Below, piece after piece: positions 1 to 10,408 of a stretch of 64,000 bases of DNA (positions are counted from its first letter, which is position 1; each line of letters opens with the position of its first letter). Made by a program: the position numbers and the translations under genes. Source of the DNA: Sedimentisphaerales bacterium (GTDB lineage: Bacteria; Planctomycetota; Phycisphaerae; Sedimentisphaerales; SM23-30); the NCBI GenBank assembly GCA_963663805.2, contig CAXXMR010000008.1, positions 32,001-96,000 on the forward strand. The letters are read 5' to 3'. Below the pieces are notes generated by a model. It was not told the origin of the DNA. It searched no databases and saw only the letters and a list, made by a program, of their open reading frames with translations.

Positions 1-3000
1 TCCAGCTATGACTATCTTTACGGCAAACGGCGGAAATGATACCTTTATCGGTGATTCCGGCAACGATCGTATCGACGGCGGTGCGGGCACGGATACCGCG
101 GTATACTCCGGCAACTATGGGCGATTATGAAATTAACGTTACCGACGGTGCTGGTTCCGTAAAGGATCTCAATACTGCTGATGGAGATGATGGTTATGAC
201 AAACTCGAAAACATCGAATTCATATCCGCATCTGACAAAACTACTCAGCATGGCGATGTCGAACCGACCAATGTCGCGCCTGTCGCGAGCAATGACTATT
301 ACGCTCTCAACGAAGACGGCACATTGACATTCAACGCTATTGATAATTGATACCGATGCCGATGGTGACAAAACTTACCGTTCAGGATTTCACCCAGGCC
401 TCACATGGTAATGTCAAAAAATAATGGCGACGGCACATTCACCTATACACCTGCCGACAACTATAACGGTGCTGACAGTTTCACCTATACCGTCACCGAC
501 GGCAATGGTCAAACCAGCACCGCGACCGTTAATTTCAAGGTCAATAGTGTAAACGACGGCCCTACGGCAATCGGCGATTCAATTACCGTTGTCGAAGATA
601 ACAGCATAACTACCGGCAACCTGCTGGCTAACGATACTGACACTGACGGCGATGCGTTGGTAGTAAAATCCGTCAGTGAAGCCGACCACGGCACGGTAAT
701 ATATAAATGGCGACGGTACATTCAGTTACAAACCAGACGCCAACTATGGCGGTACCGATAGCTTCACCTATACTGTCACCGACGGCAATGGTGGAGCCAG
801 CACCGCGACAGTGAAAATCAGCGTTACCAATACTAATGACGCCCCCGTCGCCGGCAATGATTCTATCTCTGTCAGCGAGGACAGCAGCGTAACTACTGGT
901 AATCTGCTCGCTAACGACACCGATATCGACGGCGATACCCTGGAAGTCGAAGCCGTCACCAACCCCGCCCACGGTGCGGTAAAATATAATGGCGACAGCA
1001 CTTTTACCTATACGCCCGACGCGGATTATAACGGCACCGACACCTTCACCTATAGCGTTTCCGATAGCAAAGGCGGCATGAGTGCCGCGACGGTAAATGT
1101 CAATGTTGAAAGCGTCAATGACGGCCCGACCGCTACGAATGATTCTATCTCCACTAGCGAGGATAACAGCGTAACCACCGGTAATCTGCTCGCCAACGAT
1201 TTTGACATCGACGGCGATGCGCTGGAAGTCGAAGCTGTCAGCAGCCCCGACCACGGATTGGTAACCTATAATGGTGACGGAGCCTTTACCTATACGCCCG
1301 ATGCGGATTATGTCGGCAATGATAGTTTCACCTATTCCATTTCCGACAGCAGAGGCGGCATGAGTACCGCGACAGTAAACATCTCTGTTGGCGGCACCAA
1401 CGATGTCCCGATCCTCAACGCCGATTCCTATACCGCCCACGAAGACGGAACGTTCACCACCGGTAATGTACTGGCTAACGACACCGATGCCGACGGCGAT
1501 ACCCTCACTGTCGCCGACTTCAGCCAGCCCACCCACGGTACTATCAGCTATAATGGCGATGGAACTTTCACTTATACGCCCGATGCCGACTATAACGGCA
1601 CCGACAGCTTCAGCTATACTGTGGATGACGGCAATGGCGGCACGAATACCGCGACCGTTAATCTTACCGTAACCGGTACCAACGATGGACCTGTCGCTGG
1701 CAACGATACTGTCAACACTAGAGAGGACGGCACGGTCACTACCGGTAATGTATTAGCCAATGATACCGATACCGACGGAGATGTATTGACTGTCGGTGGA
1801 TACACTCAGCCCACCCACGGCTCGGTCAACTATAACGACGATGGCACATTCACCTATACACCCGATGCCAACTATAACGGAACTGACACTTTCAGCTATA
1901 CCGTAAATGACGGCAATGGCGGAACCAATGTCGCCACCGTAACCGTAAATGTCGAAGCCGCCAACGATGCCCCCACTATTGACGATGCGTTGAGAACCAG
2001 CATGGAAGCTGGCGGCTCACTCAATATAGACAGCAGTGGTATCCTCGCAACCTTCAGCGATGCCGACGGCGACACCCTTACCATAAGCGACTACACTCAG
2101 GCCGACCACGGCACGGTAACCCATAACAGCGACGGTACTTTCACTTATACACCAGACGAAGGATTCACCGGCCGCGATGCCTTTAATGTATTCGTCCAGG
2201 ACGGCCACGGCGGCCAAACCGTCAACGCCGTTGTAGTAGATGTCGAGGCACCGGATACCATTACCCCATCCGTAACTCCCGCACCGACTCCCGCACCGGT
2301 AGACGTAGTCGAACCCGAACCGACTCCCGCACCTGTAGACGTAGTCGAAATCGAACCGACTCCCGCACCTGTAGACGTAGTCGAAATCGAACCGACTCCC
2401 GCACCGGTAGACGTAGTCGAACCCGAACCGACACCCGCACCGGTAGACGTAGTTGAACCCGAACCGACACCCGCACCTGTAGACGTAGTCGAACCCGAAC
2501 CGACTCCCGCACCGGTAGACGTAGTCGAACCCGAACTGACTCCCGCACCGGTAGACGTAGTCGAAATCGAACCCACCCCTGAACCGGTAGACGTAGTAGA
2601 AACCGAACCCGTTTCGGACCCGGTAGAAGTAACCGAAACCGAGCCAGTGAATGAGCCGGCAGCAACTACCCCGACGGAAATCCCTCAGCCGGTGTCCGAT
2701 AACGACCCGGTCGAACAGCCCGTCGCGGATAATGATAACATAACCAACGACGAACCTGTAGTCGTAGCGGGCCCAGTACCAGCCGACGGTTCGTCCGATA
2801 ATCCGGTTGACACCGAAGGTGTGGACTTCGATTACCGCGGCGAAGTGGAAATCGGCCTGCCCGAAACCATCAGCACCGACTGGATCGTCGATGTCCCCAA
2901 CATCCCCAACGTTGACGCTCAGGATGTCCAGGAAGTTGCCGGCAGCTATATGACCACCGAAGACAGCCTCGGCGAACTGCTCGAACGAGAACTAGACCTG

Positions 3001-3267
3001 CCCGCGGAAATCGCTAACAGCAGTTTCGAGGACATTTATTCCGAAGTACCTCTCGACGACCAGCCTGACGCGTCCTATAACTATGACACGCCGGTAGTCC
3101 AAGATGCCGAACACGAAGTACTCACCGCTGCTGCCGCCCCGGAAAATTCCGGCATAATCAGCGAAGGCAGAGCTTACCTCGCCGGCCTTTGGGGGCTTCT
3201 GCGTAACGCCGCCGGTGTTAGCAGCCGTGTCGATGAAAGAGCCGAAGATAACAAAGAACAGCGGTAA
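1..3267 (+). CDS. Large secreted adhesin-like protein, 3' part (5' end outside the window): RTX-type Ca-binding nonapeptides, seven ~94-aa cadherin-like/Big_9 repeats, Pro-rich linker, acidic C-terminus. Several 1-bp frameshifts in the first ~710 bp
   Basis: Re-phasing single extra bases (near 25, 120, 348, 370, 417, 706) gives continuous DYLYGNGGNDTFIGDSGNDRIDGGAGTDTAVYSG (RTX-like), then repeated NDAPVAxND..EDxxxTxGNLLANDTDxDGDxL..FTYTPDADYNGxDSFTYTVxDG units. ORF 811..3267 is intact. Confidence 0.85.
268..2245 (+). repeat. Seven tandem ~282-bp intragenic repeats encoding cadherin-like/Big_9 domains
   Basis: Units start at NVAP/NDGP/NDAP/NDVP motifs near 270, 550, 832, 1114, 1396, 1678, 1960 (282-bp period). 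Confidence 0.85.
2284..2643 (+). repeat. 36-bp tandem repeat (nine conserved units plus one degenerate) encoding PTPAPVDVVE(P/I)E
   Basis: Unit ccgactcccgcacc(g/t)gtagacgtagtcgaa(ccc/atc)gaa repeated head-to-tail with no spacers. Confidence 0.95.
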
Positions 3268-3291
3268 AAATAACATTATTGTAAGATTACC

Positions 3292-3328
3292 AAGGGCCGT
3301 TCCGATAATTCCGGGACGGCCTTTTTTT
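3292..3328 (+). terminator. Rho-independent terminator after the adhesin gene
   Basis: AAGGGCCGTTCCG-ATAATTC-CGGGACGGCC followed by T7. Confidence 0.8.
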
Positions 3329-3375
3329 GTTAGTGGATTGTTAGACGCAATTATCTGCCCAATATGGATTTGTGC

Positions 3376-3403
3376 TAAATTTAAGCCCCTCACGCTCCGA
3401 TAT
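3376..3403 (+). promoter_or_regulatory. sigma28/FliA-like promoter upstream of the PilZ-export operon
   Basis: TAAA (3376-3379)-N16-TCCGATAT (3396-3403), similar to the sigma28/sigmaD consensus TAAA-N15/16-GCCGATAW. Confidence 0.6.
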
Positions 3404-3452
3404 AATATTTAGCCCGGAGTACGACCGGACACAAATATGATTGGAGAACCAG

Positions 3453-3881
3453 ATGAGTAGCGACCCTGACAAATTCATTCAGCTTGACGACGAGCAGTTG
3501 GATTTCGATGCCTTGCAGGACCTCGAACAGCAGACCACCGAGGAAATCAGAAAAAAACGCAAGCACGAACGCAAATCCGTCAAGGCCCAGGTAACCTTGC
3601 AGCCCGGAAATTCCAGCGACCTGCTCAAATACAAAATCCGCGGAATAATCGGCGACATCTCCGAAGGAGGCTGTGGTGCCATGTTCCCCATCCCCATCGG
3701 TGTGGGCGACATCTTCAGACTCACCCTCGACCGCAACGATATGGAATTGCCACTCGTGTTCGCACGTTGCCGCCGTTGTCGTTTGATTCGTGAAGATGCC
3801 TACGAAGCAGGATTTTCATTTTTTACTCCAATCAAACTTCCCGTCGCCAGCGTTCAGGAAGTCAGCGGGGATTTGCTGTAA
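3453..3881 (+). CDS. PilZ-domain protein (putative c-di-GMP receptor)
   Basis: RxxxR (RKHER) and DxSxxG (DISEGG) motifs. GGAG RBS before ATG 3453. Confidence 0.85.
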   Translation: MSSDPDKFIQLDDEQLDFDALQDLEQQTTEEIRKKRKHERKSVKAQVTLQPGNSSDLLKYKIRGIIGDISEGGCGAMFPIPIGVGDIFRLTLDRNDMELPLVFARCRRCRLIREDAYEAGFSFFTPIKLPVASVQEVSGDLL

Positions 3882-3903
3882 TTTTTAAGAGGCACGAGAA
3901 AAC

Positions 3904-5787
3904 TTGACTTCGCAATCAAAAAACAAAACAAACCTGCCTTCTCAGTTTGAGGATGTTTCCCAGGCCTATCGCCAGATAGCAAAGCTGGCCTACGCCGCCA
4001 CATCGCGTCACGCTTTCTTCCATGACGCTATGATTTGTGTCGGACGTCTGTTCACCAGCCCCTACACCATGCTCTACGCCGGCGTCGATTCCGAGGTCTT
4101 CGATGATTACTATCATGAAGGCACCGGCGACCCCGCCTTCTGGAAACCCGTAGTGCAGGAAAGTCTAAACGACCTGCTCGCCGACGGCCAAAGCAACCTG
4201 CGATTCTTCAGCAGCAGGAACCCCAATCAGGCAACTTCACTCGCGGTAATGTCCGCGGTAGTATACCGCAGCAGCGGCGCCAGCGTCGGCGGTATGGTCG
4301 TCGTCACTCCCTGTGCCAACCGCGAACAAGCCGATATGCAGCACAAGCTGCTCGAATCAATAGTAAACCTTATCAGCTGCTGTAGTGACCTCAGCGAAGC
4401 ACAGCTTGCTCAGGGAAATGACAAGCTCGAAGCCTGCAAAAGACTCAGCCAGGCCGCCAACTACGCTACCCGTCAGGAACTAGCTTTCGCCGTCACCAAC
4501 AATTTGCGTAACCGCACCGGCTGTGAACAGGTGGCTTTCGGCCATGTTAAAAAGGGACAGGTCGATATACTCTCAGTCTCCGGACTCGACGAACTCCGCA
4601 AACGCGGCGCCGGAATGCTCAAAATCCGCGACGCCATGGAAGAATGTCTCGACCTCGACATCCCCCTGGTCTATCAGAAGACAGATAAAAAAAATGATGA
4701 ATCGGCCCCCAGAGAATACCGCCTCCATCGTCAGTGGCACGAAGCAGCCAATCACGCCGCCGTCGCCTCCATACCCCTGCACGGGCCCCACGGATGTACC
4801 GCGGTACTAAGCCTCAAACGCCACGCTTCCCAGCCCTTCAAGCCCGAAGAAATCGACGAAATTCGCACACTCACCGAACCCTATACCGCCGTCTTCGGAG
4901 TAATCGAAAAAGCTAACCGCAATATCATCGAACACCTAACCGACTCACTCCGCAACGGCTGGCTCGCCGCCATACAGCCCGACCGCTGGCTCCGAAAAGT
5001 CGTTGTCGCTACCATAATCTTAATCACAACCTGGTTCTGCCTCGGCAGCATGAATTATAACATAACTGTTTCCGGTCGAATCACCCCCCGCCAGGTCCGC
5101 CACATCGCTGCACCCTTTACCGGCACACTCGCCGAATCATTCGTCACCAAAGGCGATACGGTAAAAACCGGGGACATTCTCTGCCGACTCGATACCCGCG
5201 ACCTCACGCTCATGGAACGAGAAAAACTCACTGCCCAGCTCAAAATCGCTCAAATCGAACAACGCCACGCCCAGGGAAACAGCAAAAACGTCGAAGCCGA
5301 ACTGGCCCAGGCCAATCTCGACCTCATCCAGGCCAAACTCGACATCCTCGACCGCATGATTGAACAAGCCACCCTAAAAGCACCTTTCGACGGAGTGGTC
5401 GTCGAGGGAGACCTCAGAAAACGCACCGGCGAAGTCCTGCCCCAAAGCGAACCACTTTTCCAAATAGCCGCCCAAAACAACTGGATACTCGAACTTGATG
5501 TGCCCGAAAATCTTGCCGCCGACATCGAATCCGACCTCACCGGATGCTTCATTAGCAACGCCCGTCCCGGAATAAATCACGATATTCGTATCGAAACCAT
5601 CAGCCCCGGCCCGGAATTACGCCACAACCGCAATGTTTACGTCGCCGAAGCAGATGTCGATTTCGACCACCAATGGGTTAAATCCGGCATGGAAGGCGTC
5701 GCCAAAGTTACCGTAGGCCGAAGACGAGTCTGTTGGGTCGTCCTGCACAAAATCATTGACTACTTACATCTGAAATTCTGGTTATGA
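3904..5787 (+). CDS. GAF-domain-containing HlyD/membrane-fusion (periplasmic adaptor) family protein
   Basis: N-terminal GAF-like regions (ASIPL..AVLSL..F..EE), one TM segment (VVVATIILITTWFCL), then biotinyl-lipoyl-like IAAPFTGTL..V.KGD.V..GD.L, coiled coil and LKAPFDGVV. Confidence 0.8.
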   Translation: MTSQSKNKTNLPSQFEDVSQAYRQIAKLAYAATSRHAFFHDAMICVGRLFTSPYTMLYAGVDSEVFDDYYHEGTGDPAFWKPVVQESLNDLLADGQSNLRFFSSRNPNQATSLAVMSAVVYRSSGASVGGMVVVTPCANREQADMQHKLLESIVNLISCCSDLSEAQLAQGNDKLEACKRLSQAANYATRQELAFAVTNNLRNRTGCEQVAFGHVKKGQVDILSVSGLDELRKRGAGMLKIRDAMEECLDLDIPLVYQKTDKKNDESAPREYRLHRQWHEAANHAAVASIPLHGPHGCTAVLSLKRHASQPFKPEEIDEIRTLTEPYTAVFGVIEKANRNIIEHLTDSLRNGWLAAIQPDRWLRKVVVATIILITTWFCLGSMNYNITVSGRITPRQVRHIAAPFTGTLAESFVTKGDTVKTGDILCRLDTRDLTLMEREKLTAQLKIAQIEQRHAQGNSKNVEAELAQANLDLIQAKLDILDRMIEQATLKAPFDGVVVEGDLRKRTGEVLPQSEPLFQIAAQNNWILELDVPENLAADIESDLTGCFISNARPGINHDIRIETISPGPELRHNRNVYVAEADVDFDHQWVKSGMEGVAKVTVGRRRVCWVVLHKIIDYLHLKFWL

Positions 5788-7955
5788 GCCAAGCACCACC
5801 CGAACAACCAAACGCCCAACCTAAACCAGAGCTGGCCCAAAGACTCGGTGCCGCACACGTCGGACTGCGCGAAGACCTCGAAGTCAACCGACACCTCTCG
5901 AACGGCCAGCCATATTACGTAATCCGAGACCCGCTTACCCTAAAGTGCAACCAGCTCAATCAGAAAGACTACCAGATACTGACCCACATCACCATAAGCC
6001 AGACACTCGCCGAAGTCTTCGAAACCCTGGTCAAAGACGGAATACTAAAACCATCCGAAGAAAACGGATTCTATCGTTTCGTCGTTATGCTACACCAGCT
6101 CGCTTTCCTCAACCTGCCCATCTCAGACGACAAAACATTATACAAACGTTATCGGGCGCGGCAGCGGGCAAGACTACAGGAAAAACTGCTCGGTTTCCTG
6201 TTCCTGCGCATACCGCTGTTCGACCCCGATATGTTCCTCGACAAAACCGTAAACCTCGTACGCTGGCTCTATTCAACTTGGTTTTTCTTTGTATGGGTGT
6301 CACTTATTATCGCCGGAACATCTATCGCCGTAATCAAAAGCGAAGAACTCTTCCAGCCCCTCAGCCAGATGTTCAACGCCCAGAATATGCTCATACTCTG
6401 GTTCACCCTAATCCTGCTCAAACTCTTCCACGAGTTCGGCCACGCCTACGCCTGCAAAGTCTTCGGCGGACAGGTTCCCGAAATGGGCATCTTCCTCATT
6501 GTAATGACTCCCTGCGCCTACGTAGACGTTACCAGCTCCTGGGGATTCACCCGTAAATGGCATCGCATCGTCGTTGGCATGGGCGGGATGTACATCGAAT
6601 CAATCGTCGCCGTTATCGCTTTGATGGTCTGGTCGCTCAGCACCGGCTCAGCCGCCAAACAAATCGCCCATAACGTCTTCTTCCTCGCCAGCGTCGCCAC
6701 CGTCGTCATGAACATCAACCCGCTCATGCGCTTCGACGGCTATTATATTATCAGCGACATACTCGAAATCCCCAACCTCCGCCAGCGCTCCCAACGCTAT
6801 GTCCTCCAAACGCTCAAAAAATTATTCCTCGGGGTACCTATCCCCGGTCGACCCATCAGCAAAAAACTTGCCGTAATACTTTTCGTGTTCGGCATCGCTG
6901 CCTCAGCCTATCGCGCCACCGTAATACTATCCATCGCCACGGTCATCGCCATGAAGGCCTTTATCGTCGGCATAGGACTGGCCGCGTTCTACATCTTAAA
7001 AGAACTCGTCCGCACCGTCCGCAACCTGACAAACTATCTCTGGAAAGCCCAGGAATGTGCCCACGTTCGCACCCGAGCCGTCGCCCTGAGTATTATATTG
7101 CTGACTATCATCCCCGCCGCGTTTTTTACCGTCCCCGTCCCTAACTCACTGCACCTGCTCGGACAGTTAGCACGGGAAAATGAACATGTAATCCACGCCC
7201 GCCAGGATGGCTTCGTTCAGGAAGTCTTCGCCCGGCCCGGCCAAAACGTGCAACCCCAACAGACCCTGCTAAAACTTGAAAACTTCAATGTCTCAGGCCA
7301 GTATTACGAAACCCAGGCTGGCGTTCGCAAAGCAGACCTCGAACTCGCCGCCGCACCCTGGCAAAGCAGTAACCAGTCATTAAAAAAACAAAGACAGGCA
7401 GCAGCCCAGGCCGTCCATACCGAAATGACTGTCCGTAAACAAAACCTCGACCATCTCGAAATTAAACCCGAAACCGCCGGCCAACTCGTCATGAGCCTCG
7501 ACCAACGCGATACCGGACGATACGTCAAACGCGGCACACCCCTGGCGACAGTCGTTTCAGGTCATTGGGTCGTCAAAACACTCGCCAGCGAACAGGACAT
7601 CACCAACGCCCAAAGCTATCTTGGACAATCCGCACAGTTCAGACTAACCGCCCAGCCCGAAATATCTTTAACCGGCACTATCGTAAAAATCTCACCCCAG
7701 GCCCAGAAAGAAATCAACCTGCCCGCCCTCACCACACTGGGCCAGGGAGAAATCGCCATCGACCCCCACACCAAACAACTCGCTACCCCCTACTACGAAA
7801 TAACCATCCAGCTGGACAACCTCGAAAAACACGACCCCAAAAATTTCCGCTACGGTATGACCGGCAACGTAAAACTAACTGCCCCCACCCGCCCCCTCGG
7901 TATCGCCCTGACCCACAAAGTAAAAAGATTCCTGAACGAACTCAACCGAGAGTAA
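5784..7955 (+). CDS. M50 (site-2) zinc metallopeptidase fused to an N-terminal PqqD/RRE-like domain and a C-terminal HlyD-like adaptor domain
   Basis: HEFGH (HExxH) and NINPLMRFDGYY (NPxxxxDG) motifs in TM helices. C-terminal IHARQDGFVQEV..PGQ.V lipoyl-like motif. 4-bp overlap with the upstream gene. Confidence 0.85.
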   Translation: MSQAPPEQPNAQPKPELAQRLGAAHVGLREDLEVNRHLSNGQPYYVIRDPLTLKCNQLNQKDYQILTHITISQTLAEVFETLVKDGILKPSEENGFYRFVVMLHQLAFLNLPISDDKTLYKRYRARQRARLQEKLLGFLFLRIPLFDPDMFLDKTVNLVRWLYSTWFFFVWVSLIIAGTSIAVIKSEELFQPLSQMFNAQNMLILWFTLILLKLFHEFGHAYACKVFGGQVPEMGIFLIVMTPCAYVDVTSSWGFTRKWHRIVVGMGGMYIESIVAVIALMVWSLSTGSAAKQIAHNVFFLASVATVVMNINPLMRFDGYYIISDILEIPNLRQRSQRYVLQTLKKLFLGVPIPGRPISKKLAVILFVFGIAASAYRATVILSIATVIAMKAFIVGIGLAAFYILKELVRTVRNLTNYLWKAQECAHVRTRAVALSIILLTIIPAAFFTVPVPNSLHLLGQLARENEHVIHARQDGFVQEVFARPGQNVQPQQTLLKLENFNVSGQYYETQAGVRKADLELAAAPWQSSNQSLKKQRQAAAQAVHTEMTVRKQNLDHLEIKPETAGQLVMSLDQRDTGRYVKRGTPLATVVSGHWVVKTLASEQDITNAQSYLGQSAQFRLTAQPEISLTGTIVKISPQAQKEINLPALTTLGQGEIAIDPHTKQLATPYYEITIQLDNLEKHDPKNFRYGMTGNVKLTAPTRPLGIALTHKVKRFLNELNRE

Positions 7956-8342
7956 AATAACCCCTACCAAAAACCGGAAATTTTTTGAAAAAATCGTCAA
8001 AAATTTAAAAAAACAAAAAAAAATCGTCAAAAACCGGTCGTCCCAGTACAAACCGCGTCGAAAAACCCCATCGCAAACACGACTTTGCCACCGCAATAAC
8101 GCCCCAAACAGGCATATTCACAACCCAAATCCCCACTGCCATGTCCCCAAATACTCTTTTTGACCCCCCAAAATCCCCAATCGCGCTGATTTCGCCCCTC
8201 CAATTTGCGCGTTAAGGAGAAATACACACCCGAAAAAACCGTTTTAAGCCGCCCTCGCGACTATGAAACCACCTTCGCGCTGACAAAAATAAAGACTTAC
8301 GAAGATTTCTCCAACACAAAATAAGCACTTACAGACCAGCAA

Positions 8343-9257
8343 TCATAAAATAATATCAATAATCGCCGCCCCGGAAATTACGATGCTTATAATCCCATTG
8401 ACCACCCCAAACGCCGCCTGTATCCGTTTCAGAGTAGGCTTAAGAACTATAACATGTTCAATGACAAGCAGTAAAGCCACCAGAATCACCGCTGCGTAGT
8501 ATATCACCCCCATTTTCTCGACCAATCCCAGTATCAGCAGCAGCGAAACCGTAAAACTGTGGCAAATCCGCGATATCCACATCGCCCCCGCCCCGCCCAA
8601 CCGAGCTGGCAGCGAAAATAACCCTTCCTGCCTATCGACGTAAATGTCTTGAAGAGCGTAAATTATGTCAAATCCCGCCGTCCAGACCATCACCGCCATA
8701 CCCAGTAAAATCGGAGTCAAAGCCACCAAAGGTTTCATCGGCGGAGCAATCGCCGCCCACGCCCCCAAAGGTGTCAGCATCAACGATGCCCCCAGCCAAA
8801 AATGACACGCCCAGGTAAATCGCTTCGTGTAACTATAGGCCATAACAAAACTTAGAGTCGGAACCGAAAACCACCCCGGATAAGGATTTCCATAACCAAA
8901 CCACCCCGCCCAAGGCCAATTGAACAGTAAGGTAGTAAATATAAATACCGCCCCACAAACAACTAAGAATACCCAGGCCCATTTCCGCGAAAGTTTCCCT
9001 TTCGGCAGAGACCGCTGGGCCGTCCGGGGGTTTCGGCCATCTAACTCATGGTCTGCCAACCGGTTAAACGTCATCGCCAGGCTCCGCCCCGAAACCATAC
9101 ATACTATTATGAGAATAAGCTTCCCCATCCCGAAAAACCCCCCAGCCGCCCAAAATGCCGACATCAAAGCAAATGGCAACGCGAAAATCGTATGAGAAAA
9201 TTTTATCATACATAAAGTTTCCGCCATTTGCCCCAGGATTTTTTTTGTCATAACCAC
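8343..9257 (-). CDS. UbiA-family polyprenyltransferase (4-hydroxybenzoate octaprenyltransferase / MqnP-like)
   Basis: MIKFSHTIFALPFA, NRLADHELDGRNPRTAQRSLP and GFDIIYALQD..VDR Asp-rich motifs. Multiple TM helices. Confidence 0.9.
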   Translation of the reverse strand: MVMTKKILGQMAETLCMIKFSHTIFALPFALMSAFWAAGGFFGMGKLILIIVCMVSGRSLAMTFNRLADHELDGRNPRTAQRSLPKGKLSRKWAWVFLVVCGAVFIFTTLLFNWPWAGWFGYGNPYPGWFSVPTLSFVMAYSYTKRFTWACHFWLGASLMLTPLGAWAAIAPPMKPLVALTPILLGMAVMVWTAGFDIIYALQDIYVDRQEGLFSLPARLGGAGAMWISRICHSFTVSLLLILGLVEKMGVIYYAAVILVALLLVIEHVIVLKPTLKRIQAAFGVVNGIISIVISGAAIIDIIL

Positions 9258-9429
9258 CTTCTCGTACCCTTTTTAGCAACTTGTCCGGTTTGTTAGCTCT
9301 TGCGTATTAAACATTTGTAGTTGAAGGCAGGCCGGGCAGGCAATAAAATAATCTTCACTGGTTCAAAATGTCTACTTTGCAGTAGTACTATTGAATAGTG
9401 TGTATTAGATGAAAATCTGGAGTCAGGCG

Positions 9430-10329
9430 ATGAGTTTAGGCAGTAAAGCAGATACGTTCCTGGAGCGTTACAAAAAGATAGTAAAAGCCGTGGAAAACGC
9501 TATCGAGGGCTACCTGGCCCACGATTCCAGCACGCCGGAGCTTTTACAGGAGGCCATGCTTTATAGTTTACGGGCCGGCGGCAAACGGATTCGTCCGGCG
9601 ATGGCAATTATGGCTTGCCAGGCCTGTAAGGGTGACGGCATGAAAGCTATGCCCGCGGCGGCGGCTCTGGAGATGATTCATACTTATTCGCTGATTCACG
9701 ACGACCTGCCTGCTATGGATAACGATGATTTACGGCGGGGTCAGCCTACCAGCCACAAAGTATTTGGGGATGGGATGGCGATTTTAGCCGGGGATGCCTT
9801 GCTGACTTACGCGTTTCATACTCTGGCGTTGTATGTGCAGGATGCCGAACAGGTCAAAAAGCTGACAATCGAACTGGCAGAAGCGGCGGGCGCTCCCGGC
9901 ATGATTGGCGGACAAGTAGCGGATTTACAAAGCGCTACCACGCCGCGAACCCTCGAAAATGTAGATTATATTCACACTCATAAAACCGCGGTCATGTTTC
10001 GGGCCGCGGCCCGGATGGGCGGGATTTGTGCCGATGCTGATAACCATCAGTTGGAATGGCTGGGTGATTATGGTTTGAAGCTGGGTCTGGCGTTTCAGAT
10101 TGCCGATGATTTGTTTGATGTCAACGGCGACGAAACAACCCTGGGCAAGCGGGTGGGCAAAGACGCCGATGCGGGCAAGCTCACCTATCCGGAGGTGCTG
10201 GGCGTGGAAGAATCTCAGGGCAAGGCTGGGGATTTGTTCGTTCGAGCGATTAAAGCCGCTGAGAAGTTCGGGACTGACGGCGAGGTACTCAAACAGTTAG
10301 CGGAGATGGTCAGGCAAAGGAACAGTTGA
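9430..10329 (+). CDS. ispA: Farnesyl diphosphate synthase / geranyltranstransferase
   Basis: GGKRIRP, HTYSLIHDDLPAMDNDDLRRG (FARM), FQIADD (SARM), KT motif. Lies upstream of dxs. Confidence 0.92.
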   Translation: MSLGSKADTFLERYKKIVKAVENAIEGYLAHDSSTPELLQEAMLYSLRAGGKRIRPAMAIMACQACKGDGMKAMPAAAALEMIHTYSLIHDDLPAMDNDDLRRGQPTSHKVFGDGMAILAGDALLTYAFHTLALYVQDAEQVKKLTIELAEAAGAPGMIGGQVADLQSATTPRTLENVDYIHTHKTAVMFRAAARMGGICADADNHQLEWLGDYGLKLGLAFQIADDLFDVNGDETTLGKRVGKDADAGKLTYPEVLGVEESQGKAGDLFVRAIKAAEKFGTDGEVLKQLAEMVRQRNS

Positions 10330-10408
10330 GACAATTCAATAAAAGGGGGACAGGAATATTAATCAAGGATACATACTGTCCGATTTGTCGGACGGAAGCT
10401 GATATTAC

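Noticed and set aside
2284..2643. 36-bp repeats as a possible CRISPR array
   Set aside because: The units are contiguous with no unique spacers, lie in frame inside a CDS, and there are no cas genes.
9258..9430. Skew switch as a replication origin
   Set aside because: No dnaA/dnaN nearby, no DnaA-box cluster seen, and a similar switch recurs near 59.9 kb.
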